From the IMG/VR virus record IMGVR_UViG_3300011888_000006: a stretch of 11,688 bases of DNA. The stretch is one strand, 5' to 3'. A model generated the notes under the pieces. That model was given only the letters and a program-made list of their open reading frames with translations. It did no database searches and was not told the DNA's origin. The stretch is from a virus (Duplodnaviria; Heunggongvirae; Uroviricota; Caudoviricetes). Of the stretch, positions 1-6,862 are shown piece by piece. The position numbers and the translations under genes are program-made. Position 1 is the stretch's first letter, and each line of letters begins with the position of its first letter.

Positions 1-66
1 TTTTTTGATTTCAGAATTAGCCTGACGGGCAATGCTGCGAAGGGCGTTTTCCTGCTGAGGTGTCAT
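1..66 (-). CDS. Hypothetical protein, 5' end only (first 22 codons MTPQQENALRSIARQANSEIKK; gene runs off the window start)
   Basis: Minus-strand ATG at 66..64 overlaps the TGA of the upstream micro-ORF (ATGA arrangement); frame stays open to position 1. No recognisable family from 22 residues. Confidence 0.35.
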   Translation of the reverse strand, partial: MTPQQENALRSIARQANSEIKK

Positions 67-146
67 TGAACAAGTCCCATGTCGGCAAGCATAAGCACAC
101 AGAATATGAAGCCCGCTGCCAGAAAAATGCATTCCGTGGTTGTCAT
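63..146 (-). CDS. 27-aa hydrophobic micro-protein (MTTTECIFLAAGFIFCVLMLADMGLVQ), putative single-pass membrane peptide
   Basis: Below the ORF-track size cutoff. Its ATG (146..144) overlaps the methyltransferase TGA and its TGA (65..63) overlaps the next ATG, so it is sandwiched by two ATGA couplings. Hydrophobic core of about 20 residues. Confidence 0.35.
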   Translation of the reverse strand: MTTTECIFLAAGFIFCVLMLADMGLVQ

Positions 147-700
147 GCAGCCTCCCGACGGGCAAGAATCCTTGAGCCGAACGCCATCAACTCTCCACGA
201 TCAACGGTCGTAAAGTGGCAGTGTGTACGGGGGTATGGGTGCCAGATAATGAGCATCGAGCCTTTATTATTTCCACTGACGGGTTTCTCAGTGAGTGGGT
301 TAATAAATGCCAGTCGTCCTGCCGTGATGAATCTGACCTCACTGGCGGTTTGTATCGCTTCATGAAACCATCCGACAGATGTGTCAGCAGGCAATAACAT
401 TACACATCCCACACTACTGAATTTGTTTTCAGTGGCTGCCTTTTTCACAAAAGGGGAAATATTGCTGTATGGTGGATTCAACCAGACATAACCAGAGGCA
501 TATCCCATTGCTTCAGGCCATGAAGTGGTTAATGTGTTCTGCTCCTGTGAGATAAAAAGCCGACATAGTCGGTTTTTTTCGCTGGCGGCAGCATCAAGTT
601 GAAAAACGAACTCTGCATTAAGCGCAGCAAAAATCTCTGGTGGTGTACGCCAGCTGTCGCGATGTTCGGCAGGAGTATTGCTTCCGGTGAAATCAGTCAT
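143..700 (-). CDS. Phage-type DNA N6-adenine methyltransferase (Dam-like orphan MTase)
   Basis: 185-aa ORF with the catalytic NPPY motif (WLNPPYS) and an N-terminal WRTPPEIF segment typical of phage Dam-family methyltransferases. Sits downstream of exo in the leftward operon. Confidence 0.85.
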   Translation of the reverse strand: MTDFTGSNTPAEHRDSWRTPPEIFAALNAEFVFQLDAAASEKNRLCRLFISQEQNTLTTSWPEAMGYASGYVWLNPPYSNISPFVKKAATENKFSSVGCVMLLPADTSVGWFHEAIQTASEVRFITAGRLAFINPLTEKPVSGNNKGSMLIIWHPYPRTHCHFTTVDRGELMAFGSRILARREAA

Positions 701-850
701 ACAGCCCCCGTTTATTATTTATCTCCTCAGCCAGCCGCTGTGCTTTCAGGGGATTTCGGATAACAGAAAGGCCGGGAAATATCCAGCCTCGCTTTGTAAC
801 GGAGTAGACGAAAGTGATCGTGCCTACCCGGATATTATCGTGAGGATGCT

Positions 851-1531
851 TCATCGCCATTGCTCCCCAAATACAAAACCAATTTCAGCCAGTGCCTCGT
901 CCATTTTTTCGATGAACTCCGGCACCATCTCGTCAAAACTCGCCATGTACTTTTCATCCCGCTCAACCACGACATAATGCAGGCCTTCACGCTTCATACG
1001 CGGGTCATAGTTGGCAAAGTACCAGGCATCTTTTCGCGTCACCCACATGCTGTACTGCACCTGGGCCATGTAAGCCGACTTTATGGCCTCGAAACCACCG
1101 AGCCGGAACTTCATGAAATCCCGGGAGGTAAACGGGCATTTCAGCTCAAGGCCATTGCCGTCACTGCATAAACCATCGGGAGAGCAGGCGGTGCGCATAC
1201 TTTCGTCGCGATAGATGATCGGGGATTCAATAACATTTACGCCGGAAGTGAACTCAAACAGGGTTCTGGCGTCGTTCTCGTACTGTTTTCCCCAGGCCAG
1301 CGCTTTAGCGTTAACTTCCGGAGCCACACCGGTGCAAACCTCAGCCAGCAGGGTGTGGAAGTAGGACATTTTCATGTCAGGCCACTTCTTTCCTGATCGG
1401 GGCTTTGCTATCACGTTGTGAACTTCTGAAGCGGTGATGACGCCGAGCCGTAATTTGTGCCATGCATCATCCCCCTGTTCGACAGCTCTCACGTCGATCC
1501 CGGTACGCTGCAGGATAATGTCCGGTGTCAT
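851..1531 (-). CDS. exo: Lambda-type exonuclease (Red alpha)
   Basis: 226-aa translation ([40 protein letters not shown]...GEQWR) is near-identical to phage lambda Exo as I recall it. Its start overlaps the bet stop (ATGA). Confidence 0.95.
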   Translation of the reverse strand: MTPDIILQRTGIDVRAVEQGDDAWHKLRLGVITASEVHNVIAKPRSGKKWPDMKMSYFHTLLAEVCTGVAPEVNAKALAWGKQYENDARTLFEFTSGVNVIESPIIYRDESMRTACSPDGLCSDGNGLELKCPFTSRDFMKFRLGGFEAIKSAYMAQVQYSMWVTRKDAWYFANYDPRMKREGLHYVVVERDEKYMASFDEMVPEFIEKMDEALAEIGFVFGEQWR

Positions 1532-2313
1532 GCTGCCACCTTCTGCTCAGTGGCTTTCTGTTTCAGGAATCCAAGAGCTTTCACTGCTTCGGCCTGTGTC
1601 AGTTCTGACGATGCGCGAATGTCGCGGCGAAATATCTGGGAACAGAGCGGCAATAAGTCGTCATCCCATGTTTTATCCAGGGCGATCAGCAGAGTGTTAA
1701 TCTCCTGCATGGTTTCATCGTTAACCGGAGTGATGTCGCGTTCTGGCTGACGTTCTGCAGTGTATGCAGTATTTTCGACAATGCGCTCGGCTTCATCCTT
1801 GTCATAGATACCAGCAAATCCGAAGGCCAGACGGGCACACTGAATCATGGCTTTATGCCGTAACATCCGTTTGGGATGCGACTGCCACGGCCCCGTGATT
1901 TCTCTGCCTTCGCGGGTTTTGAATGGTTCGCGGCGGCATTCATCCATCCATTCGGTAACGCAGATCGGATGATTACGGTCCTTGCGGTAAATCCGGCATG
2001 TACAGGATTCATTGTCCTGCTCAAAGTCCATGCCATCAAACTGCTGGTTTTCATTGATGATGCGGGACCAGCCATCAACGCCCACCACCGGAACAATGCC
2101 GTTCTGCTTATCAGGGAAGGCGTAAATTTCTTTCGTCCACGGATTAAGGCCGTACTGGTTGGCGACGATCAACAATGCGATGAACTGCGCATCGCTGGCA
2201 TCACCTTTAAATGCCGTCTGGCGAAGAGTGGTGATCAGTTCCTGTGGGTCGACAGAATCCATGCCGACACGTTCAGCCAGCTTCCCTGCCAGCGTTGCGA
2301 GTGCTGTACTCAT
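1528..2313 (-). CDS. bet: Lambda-type single-strand annealing protein (Red beta)
   Basis: 261-aa translation ([48 protein letters not shown]...) matches lambda Bet from memory; gam-bet-exo order conserved. Confidence 0.95.
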   Translation of the reverse strand: MSTALATLAGKLAERVGMDSVDPQELITTLRQTAFKGDASDAQFIALLIVANQYGLNPWTKEIYAFPDKQNGIVPVVGVDGWSRIINENQQFDGMDFEQDNESCTCRIYRKDRNHPICVTEWMDECRREPFKTREGREITGPWQSHPKRMLRHKAMIQCARLAFGFAGIYDKDEAERIVENTAYTAERQPERDITPVNDETMQEINTLLIALDKTWDDDLLPLCSQIFRRDIRASSELTQAEAVKALGFLKQKATEQKVAA

Positions 2314-2318
2314 CCGTT

Positions 2319-2615
2319 TTATACCTCTGAATCAATATCAAACTGGTGGTGAGCAATGGTTTCAACCATGTACCGGATGTGTTCTGCCATGCGCTCCTGA
2401 AACTCAACATCGTCATCAAACGCACGGGTAATGGCTTTTTTGCAGGCCCCGCAGCGTTGCAAATGATCGATACAGAGTGATTCAAACAGGTGCTGTGGAA
2501 GACCTTTTTCCATGTCGTCTGCCAGTTCTGCCTCTTTCTCTTCACGGGCGATCTGCTGGTAGTGACGCGCCCAGCTTTGAGCCTCAAGACGATCCTGAAT
2601 GTAATAAGCGTTCAT
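2319..2615 (-). CDS. gam: Gam, RecBCD inhibitor (short 98-aa form)
   Basis: Translation [52 protein letters not shown]...IDSEV matches the lambda GamS region. AGGAG lies 7 nt upstream of the ATG on the minus strand. Confidence 0.9.
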   Translation of the reverse strand: MNAYYIQDRLEAQSWARHYQQIAREEKEAELADDMEKGLPQHLFESLCIDHLQRCGACKKAITRAFDDDVEFQERMAEHIRYMVETIAHHQFDIDSEV

Positions 2616-2690
2616 GGCTGAACTCCTGAAAATGGCTGTGAAAATATCGCCCGCGAAATGCCAGGCTGATTAGGAAAACAGGAAAGGGGA

Positions 2691-2981
2691 TTAGTGATTC
2701 AGGCCGTTACCGCGTCCGTCGAGGAAAACTTCCACGAGCAAATCACGGGTATAAGTGCGCTCGATGCTGCGATGCAGATATAGCCGTCCGCGTAAATTAG
2801 CTGATGCAGTCCAGGTACCATCTTTGTGTTTGACCAGCATTCCTGGCATGACCGCACCTCGATTAACGGTCTGAGTTCCGTAATGTTGATGAACCATAAA
2901 AACTCCTGCCCGTAAGCTGGGCTGCTGAACATATAGAGACTTCTGCGCGTATTCAGGCGGTGGATGGCCGCCGGTTGTCAT
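2691..2981 (-). CDS. Hypothetical protein in the kil/cIII position of the leftward operon (96 aa; alternative 68-aa form starting at 2897)
   Basis: Open frame between the leftward promoter and gam. The internal ATG at 2897 has a strong AGGAG 6 nt upstream, while the ATG at 2981 has only GAGG at 10 nt. No family recognised; not Arg-rich at the N terminus, so not N-like. Confidence 0.45.
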   Translation of the reverse strand: MTTGGHPPPEYAQKSLYVQQPSLRAGVFMVHQHYGTQTVNRGAVMPGMLVKHKDGTWTASANLRGRLYLHRSIERTYTRDLLVEVFLDGRGNGLNH

Positions 2982-3123
2982 AACTAAGCCGCCTCGTTGA
3001 AGCGACTGAGGTATGAGGTGTTGAGTTGAGTTGATTTCAGCTGGTCACACCGACGTTCACGCGTCCGTTTCACCCCTCGCACTCCCCGGAGCCTGCCGAA
3101 ATTCAAGCTGCGGATCTAAGCGG

Positions 3124-3175
3124 TCATCGCAACGGTGAATCAGGTAGTTGCCGTATCGTTGTGTTGTTGCGATGA
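3124..3175 (-). promoter_or_regulatory. 10-bp perfect inverted repeat (3124-3133 / 3166-3175) with a 32-nt loop at the 5' end of the leftward early transcript
   Basis: TCATCGCAAC ... GTTGCGATGA read directly from the sequence. It lies immediately downstream of the predicted leftward promoter, so it would be the first about 50 nt of that RNA. Confidence 0.4.
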
Positions 3176-3240
3176 ACTTATTTAAAACTATAGTTGTTTT
3201 ATCGTCAACAACAAAAGTTGTTTTATTGGTTGTTTTAGAT
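3176..3240 (-). promoter_or_regulatory. Leftward early promoter (pL-like) with operator-like AACAAC/GTTGTT repeats (OL-like)
   Basis: On the minus strand TTGACG-17-TTAAAT (plus 3203-3208 and 3180-3185). The spacer ATAAAACAACTATAGTT is almost the same as the spacer of the rightward promoter. Inverted repeat AACAAC-AAAA-GTTGTT at 3207-3222, and GTTGTTTT recurs at 3193, 3217 and 3229. Confidence 0.5.
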
Positions 3241-3358
3241 ATAACTGGTTGTATTTAGGATGGATTTATTTTGTGACTTGAATCGCATAGCGATAACTGA
3301 AGCGAGGTTATGGTGGTTTTTTTAACGGTGTGTGTGATGAGGGGAGGGCAAAAGAAAA

Positions 3359-3376
3359 CCCGGCACGGTGACCGGG
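3359..3376 (-). terminator. Candidate intrinsic terminator downstream of the repressor gene
   Basis: CCCGG/CCGGG stem with an 8-nt loop; on the minus strand it is followed by TTTTCTTTTG. The stem is short (5 bp), so this is tentative. Confidence 0.3.
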
Positions 3377-3497
3377 ATTCTTACGCCGTTAGGTAAAGAT
3401 ATTATTGCGGTGGCTTAATATTACTACCTAGAGCAAAGATAGGAATTAGTTCTTTACTGAATGAGCACAATGCCCAGTTGATAATTTTTAATTGGTA

Positions 3498-4187
3498 CTA
3501 CCCATGCTTCCTATATGTCTGCGGCATGCTCCCAATAACCTTACCGAAGATGAACACCCGGTTCATCTCGTCTTTCTCGATCGGGTCCCACGGTGAGTAG
3601 CTTTTGTTATCAGAGATGACCAGCAGCTTATCCTTCATCATTTGCAGGCGCTTTACATGGGCTGTGTCGTCGTACAGAAACGCATAGATACCATCACCGT
3701 CGAAAGATTTAACTGTGATATCAACGAACAGCAGATCACCTGGTTCGATCGTTCCTGACATGCTGTCACCACGCACGTTAATGATGCGGATATTTTCCGC
3801 CTTCCTACCATCGAACATGTGACGAGCATCGTCAAACGAGTACTCAACCGAGCGTAGAACTTCTACAAACTCACGGTTGATGACTCCCGGCCCAGCACTG
3901 ACTTCTATATCAAGAACGTCAATCTTGAAGTATTTGGAATGGCTGACAGTTGATTGTATTGGTTGCACTGTACTGTCTGACATATTTCCAACGCCAGAAG
4001 ATAACCATTCTGCGCGCACACCCAAAGCGTTCGCGATCTCCACGATTTTAGTTGTTTGATTAGCTTTCCCTGTTTCGATTTTCTGAATAGCAGCCTGGCT
4101 AACCCCGACCAAATCCCCAAGCGCCTTTTGTGTAAGGCCTCGCGCTAATCTGGCTTCTTTAAGTCTTTCTGAGAGTGTTGTTTTCAT
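3498..4187 (-). CDS. cI: CI-like prophage repressor (N-terminal HTH, C-terminal S24 LexA-like autopeptidase)
   Basis: HTH segment LTQKALGDLVGVSQAAIQKIE, then an Ala-Gly site (VSAGPG), a GDSM serine motif and a HVKRL lysine, the LexA/CI self-cleavage signature. I place the start at the MKTTLSERL ATG (4187) rather than the track's 4253 start, because a TTGATG-17-TACATT promoter ends 6 nt before it. Confidence 0.85.
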   Translation of the reverse strand: MKTTLSERLKEARLARGLTQKALGDLVGVSQAAIQKIETGKANQTTKIVEIANALGVRAEWLSSGVGNMSDSTVQPIQSTVSHSKYFKIDVLDIEVSAGPGVINREFVEVLRSVEYSFDDARHMFDGRKAENIRIINVRGDSMSGTIEPGDLLFVDITVKSFDGDGIYAFLYDDTAHVKRLQMMKDKLLVISDNKSYSPWDPIEKDEMNRVFIFGKVIGSMPQTYRKHG

Positions 4188-4291
4188 AGTCCAAATGTAC
4201 AACCAAGGTTTTATTCCATCAAACGAAAATGGTTGTTGACTAAAAACAACCATAGTTTTAATCTTGATTCAAATTAACCACGGAGGTTGTT
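4188..4291. promoter_or_regulatory. Immunity switch: divergent pRM-like and pR-like promoters with operator palindromes
   Basis: 25-bp perfect palindrome ATGGTTGTT-GACTAAA-AACAACCAT at 4229-4253, overlapping a rightward TTGACT -35 (4236-4241). Leftward TTGATG (4217-4222) -17- TACATT (4194-4199) ends 6 nt before the repressor ATG. Confidence 0.6.
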
Positions 4292-4522
4292 ATGAACCCA
4301 GCTATCAAAACAGCGATCAATATCGTTGGTTCACAAAAGAAACTGGGCGCTGCTTGCGAAGTTTCACAGCAGGCCGTCTATAAGTGGCTTCACAACAAAG
4401 CAAAGGTATCCCCTGAACATGTCGGCAGCATTGTTACGGCTACTGGTGGAGTAGTGAAGGCATACCAGATTCGCCCGGATCTTCCGAAGTTGTTTCCACA
4501 CACCGAAAAGAACGCAGCTTAA
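4292..4522 (+). CDS. cro: Cro-like small HTH regulator (YdaS/Cro family)
   Basis: 76 aa, first gene of the rightward operon. HTH segment LGAACEVSQQAVYKW; GGAGG 6 nt upstream of the ATG. Confidence 0.8.
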   Translation: MNPAIKTAINIVGSQKKLGAACEVSQQAVYKWLHNKAKVSPEHVGSIVTATGGVVKAYQIRPDLPKLFPHTEKNAA

Positions 4523-4591
4523 ATTTCCATTTCACGCTCTTTAACAATAAGCAATCAACTTAACAGTCAATTCAAACTAAAGGAGTCAATT

Positions 4592-5131
4592 ATGCAACCA
4601 CTTACATACCAACAGACTAGCGGATTTAGCCCGACTGCGGTGATAAATCGTTCTCAAACAAAACAGGTGCCAGGCCACGAAAAAATCCGTGATGCCGTCC
4701 GCGCCTGGTCGGCTGTAGATAATCAGGATGTCGTTGCCACACTCATTGTGAATGAGTATCGGGAGCAGGGCGGCGGCACCATCGATTTCCCTGATGATGT
4801 CAGCCGTGCACGCCAGAAGCTGTTCCGCTTCCTCGATAACAAATTCGATTCTGAAAAATACCGAAATAACGTGCGTGAACTGACCCCGGCAATTCTGGCG
4901 GTACTACCGCTGGAATATCGCGGTTACCTGGTTGAGCAGGATAGCTTCATGGCTAGGTTGGCTGAAATGGAAAAGGAACTCAGTGAGGCAAAACAGGCTG
5001 TCATTCTCAACGCACCACGCCACCAGAAACTGAAGGAAATTAGTGAAGGTATTGTGTCGATGTTTCGTGTGGACCCAGATCTGGCTGGTCCATTGATGGC
5101 GATGGTTACTACCATGCTGGGGGCGATATGA
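4592..5131 (+). CDS. YdaT-family protein in the cII position (likely CII functional analogue)
   Basis: 179 aa directly after cro, with AGGAG 7 nt upstream. Segments EYREQGGG and LTPAILAVLP resemble Rac YdaT as I recall it; family assignment is from memory only. Confidence 0.6.
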   Translation: MQPLTYQQTSGFSPTAVINRSQTKQVPGHEKIRDAVRAWSAVDNQDVVATLIVNEYREQGGGTIDFPDDVSRARQKLFRFLDNKFDSEKYRNNVRELTPAILAVLPLEYRGYLVEQDSFMARLAEMEKELSEAKQAVILNAPRHQKLKEISEGIVSMFRVDPDLAGPLMAMVTTMLGAI

Positions 5132-5217
5132 CAGGTTCAGAAATGGCGAAAGCCGGTCTGCTGGAACAGAACCGACTTTCAGGTGCAAATCGTAACACAC
5201 TCATTGCGGGAGGAATT

Positions 5218-6164
5218 ATGGCAAACACTGCTGAGATATTCAATTTTCCAGTGCCGGATGCGGCACAAAAGGAGCCGCGCGTGGCAGATCTCGATGATGG
5301 TTATACGCGCATTGCAAATGAGTTGCTGGAAGCTGTGATGCTGGCCGGATTAACACAGCACCAGCTTCTGGTCTTTCTGGCTGTCATGCGCAAAACATAT
5401 GGCTTTAATAAAAAACTGGATTGGGTTAGCAACGAGCAACTTTCCGAATTAACCGGGATATTGCCGCACAAGTGTTCTGCTGCAAAAAGTGTTCTGGTAA
5501 AGCGTGGGATTTTTATTCAGAGCGGGCGGAATACCGGCATTAATAATGTGGTCAGTGAATGGTCAACATTACCCGAATCAGGTAAGAAAAATAAAGTTTA
5601 CCTGAAAGAGGTAAATTTACCTGAATCAGGTAAAAAAAGTTTACCCAAATCAGGTAAAGGCGTTTACCCGAATCAGGTAAACACAAAAGACAAACTAACA
5701 AAAGACAATATAAAACCTTTTTCGTCCGAGAATTCTGGCGAATCCTCNNNNNNNNNNAATCCTCTGACCAACCAGAAAACGATCTTCCTGTGGTGAAACC
5801 GGATGCTGCAATTCAGAGCGGCAGCAAGTGGGGGACAGCAGAAGACCTGACCGCCGCAGAGTGGATGTTTGACATGGTGAAGACCATCGCGCCATCAGCC
5901 AGAAAACCGAATTTTGCAGGGTGGGCTAACGATATCCGCCTGATGCGTGAACGTGACGGACGTAACCACCGCGACATGTGCGTGCTGTTCCGCTGGGCAT
6001 GCCAGGACAACTTCTGGTCCGGTAACGTGCTAAGTCCGGCCAAACTCCGCGACAAGTGGACCCAGCTCGAAATCAACCGTAACAAGCAACAGGCAGGCAT
6101 GATAGCCAGCAAACCAAAACTCGACCTGACAAACACTGACTGGATTTACGGGGTGGATTTATGA
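5218..6164 (+). CDS. O: Replication initiator O (lambda O family), interrupted by a 10-N scaffold gap
   Basis: N terminus MANTAEIFNFP...VADLDDGY and C terminus ...WANDIRLMRERDGRNHRDMCVLFRWACQDNFWSGNVLSPAKL...DLTNTDWIYGVDL match lambda O from memory. GGGAGG upstream of 5218. The two track ORFs (5128..5796 and 5790..6164) are the same gene split by the gap. Confidence 0.8.
5569..5680 (+). repeat. Replication origin iterons inside O: five 17-bp palindromic repeats TTACC(C/T)(G/A)AA(T/A)(C/G)AGGTAA, followed by an AT-rich tract
   Basis: Copies at 5569-5585, 5598-5614 (degenerate), 5617-5633, 5641-5657 and 5664-5680, then an A/T-rich stretch at 5681-5730. Same layout as lambda ori inside O. Confidence 0.7.
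5748..5757. other. Assembly gap (10 N) with 7-bp overlapping flanks
   Basis: Left flank ends AATCCTC and right flank begins AATCCTC. Collapsing the overlap removes 17 nt and puts both halves of O in one frame. Confidence 0.9.
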
Positions 6165-6862
6165 AAAACATCGCCGCACAGATGGTTAACTTTGACCGTG
6201 AGCAGATGCGTCGGATCGCCAACAACATGCTGGAACAGTACGACGAAAAGCCGCAGGTACAGCAGGTAGCGCAGATCATCAACGGTGTGTTCAGCCAGTT
6301 ACTGGCAACTTTCCCGGCGAGTCTGGCTAACCGTGACCAGAACGAACTGAACGAAATCCGCCGCCAGTGGGTTCTGGCTTTCCGGGAAAACGGGATCACC
6401 ACAATGGAACAGGTTAACGCAGGAATGCGCGTAGCCCGTCGGCAGAATCGACCATTTCTGCCATCACCCGGGCAGTTTGTTGCATGGTGCCGGGAAGAAG
6501 CATCCGTTATCGCCGGACTGCCAAACGTCAGCGAGCTGGTTGATATGGTTTACGAGTATTGCCGGAAGCGTGGCCTGTATCCGGATGCAGAGTCTTATCC
6601 GTGGAAATCGAACGCGCATTACTGGTTGGTTACCAACTTGTACCAGAACATGCGGGCCAATGCGCTGACTGACGCGGAATTACGGCGCAAGGCTGCCGAT
6701 GAACTGACCTGTATGACAGCGCGAATTAACCGTGGTGAGACGATACCTGAACCAGTAAAACAACTTCCTGTTATGGGCGGTAGACCTCTAAATCGTGCAC
6801 AGGCTCTGGCGAAGATCGCAGAAATTAAAGCTAAGTTCGGACTGAAAGGAGCAAGTGTATGA
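6161..6862 (+). CDS. P: Replication protein P (DnaB helicase loader)
   Basis: 233-aa translation MKNIAAQMVNFDREQMRRIANNMLEQYDEKPQVQQVAQIING... is near-identical to lambda P from memory. ATGA overlap with the O stop. Confidence 0.95.
   Translation: MKNIAAQMVNFDREQMRRIANNMLEQYDEKPQVQQVAQIINGVFSQLLATFPASLANRDQNELNEIRRQWVLAFRENGITTMEQVNAGMRVARRQNRPFLPSPGQFVAWCREEASVIAGLPNVSELVDMVYEYCRKRGLYPDAESYPWKSNAHYWLVTNLYQNMRANALTDAELRRKAADELTCMTARINRGETIPEPVKQLPVMGGRPLNRAQALAKIAEIKAKFGLKGASV

Noticed and set aside
60-397. Plus-strand ORFs 60..365 and 215..397
   Set aside because: They lie antisense to the well-supported methyltransferase gene and the micro-ORF, have no RBS and no recognisable motif.
1434-2587. 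Track ORFs 1434..1700, 1457..1750, 1845..2096, 1876..2352, 2159..2431 and 2273..2587
   Set aside because: All overlap exo, bet or gam on the opposite strand or in other frames; these are shadow ORFs of confidently identified genes.
3250-3497. Possible small plus-strand genes between the leftward promoter and the repressor 3' end (for example a 21-codon ORF from the ATG at 3260)
   Set aside because: No usable RBS spacing and no conservation signal; the interval is better explained as promoter/operator DNA plus the repressor terminator.
4188-4253. Longer repressor start at 4253 (251-aa ORF beginning MVVFSQQPF)
   Set aside because: That ATG sits inside the operator palindrome and the extension would cover both promoters; the HTH begins right after the ATG at 4187, which has a promoter at leaderless spacing.
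5128-5217. Upstream O start at 5128 (ATGA overlap with the cII-like stop)
   Set aside because: The lambda-like O N terminus begins at the 5218 ATG, which has a GGGAGG RBS; the 30-codon extension has no family support. Translational coupling from 5128 cannot be fully excluded.
5100-5217. Searched for an oop-like antisense RNA between the cII-like gene and O
   Set aside because: No convincing minus-strand promoter plus hairpin and U-tract; only an imperfect GGTCTG/CAGAACC pairing.
5569-5680. Tandem 17-bp repeats as a possible CRISPR array
   Set aside because: The repeats are internally palindromic, irregularly spaced (19-29 bp), lie inside the O coding sequence and are followed by an AT-rich tract: a replication origin, not CRISPR.
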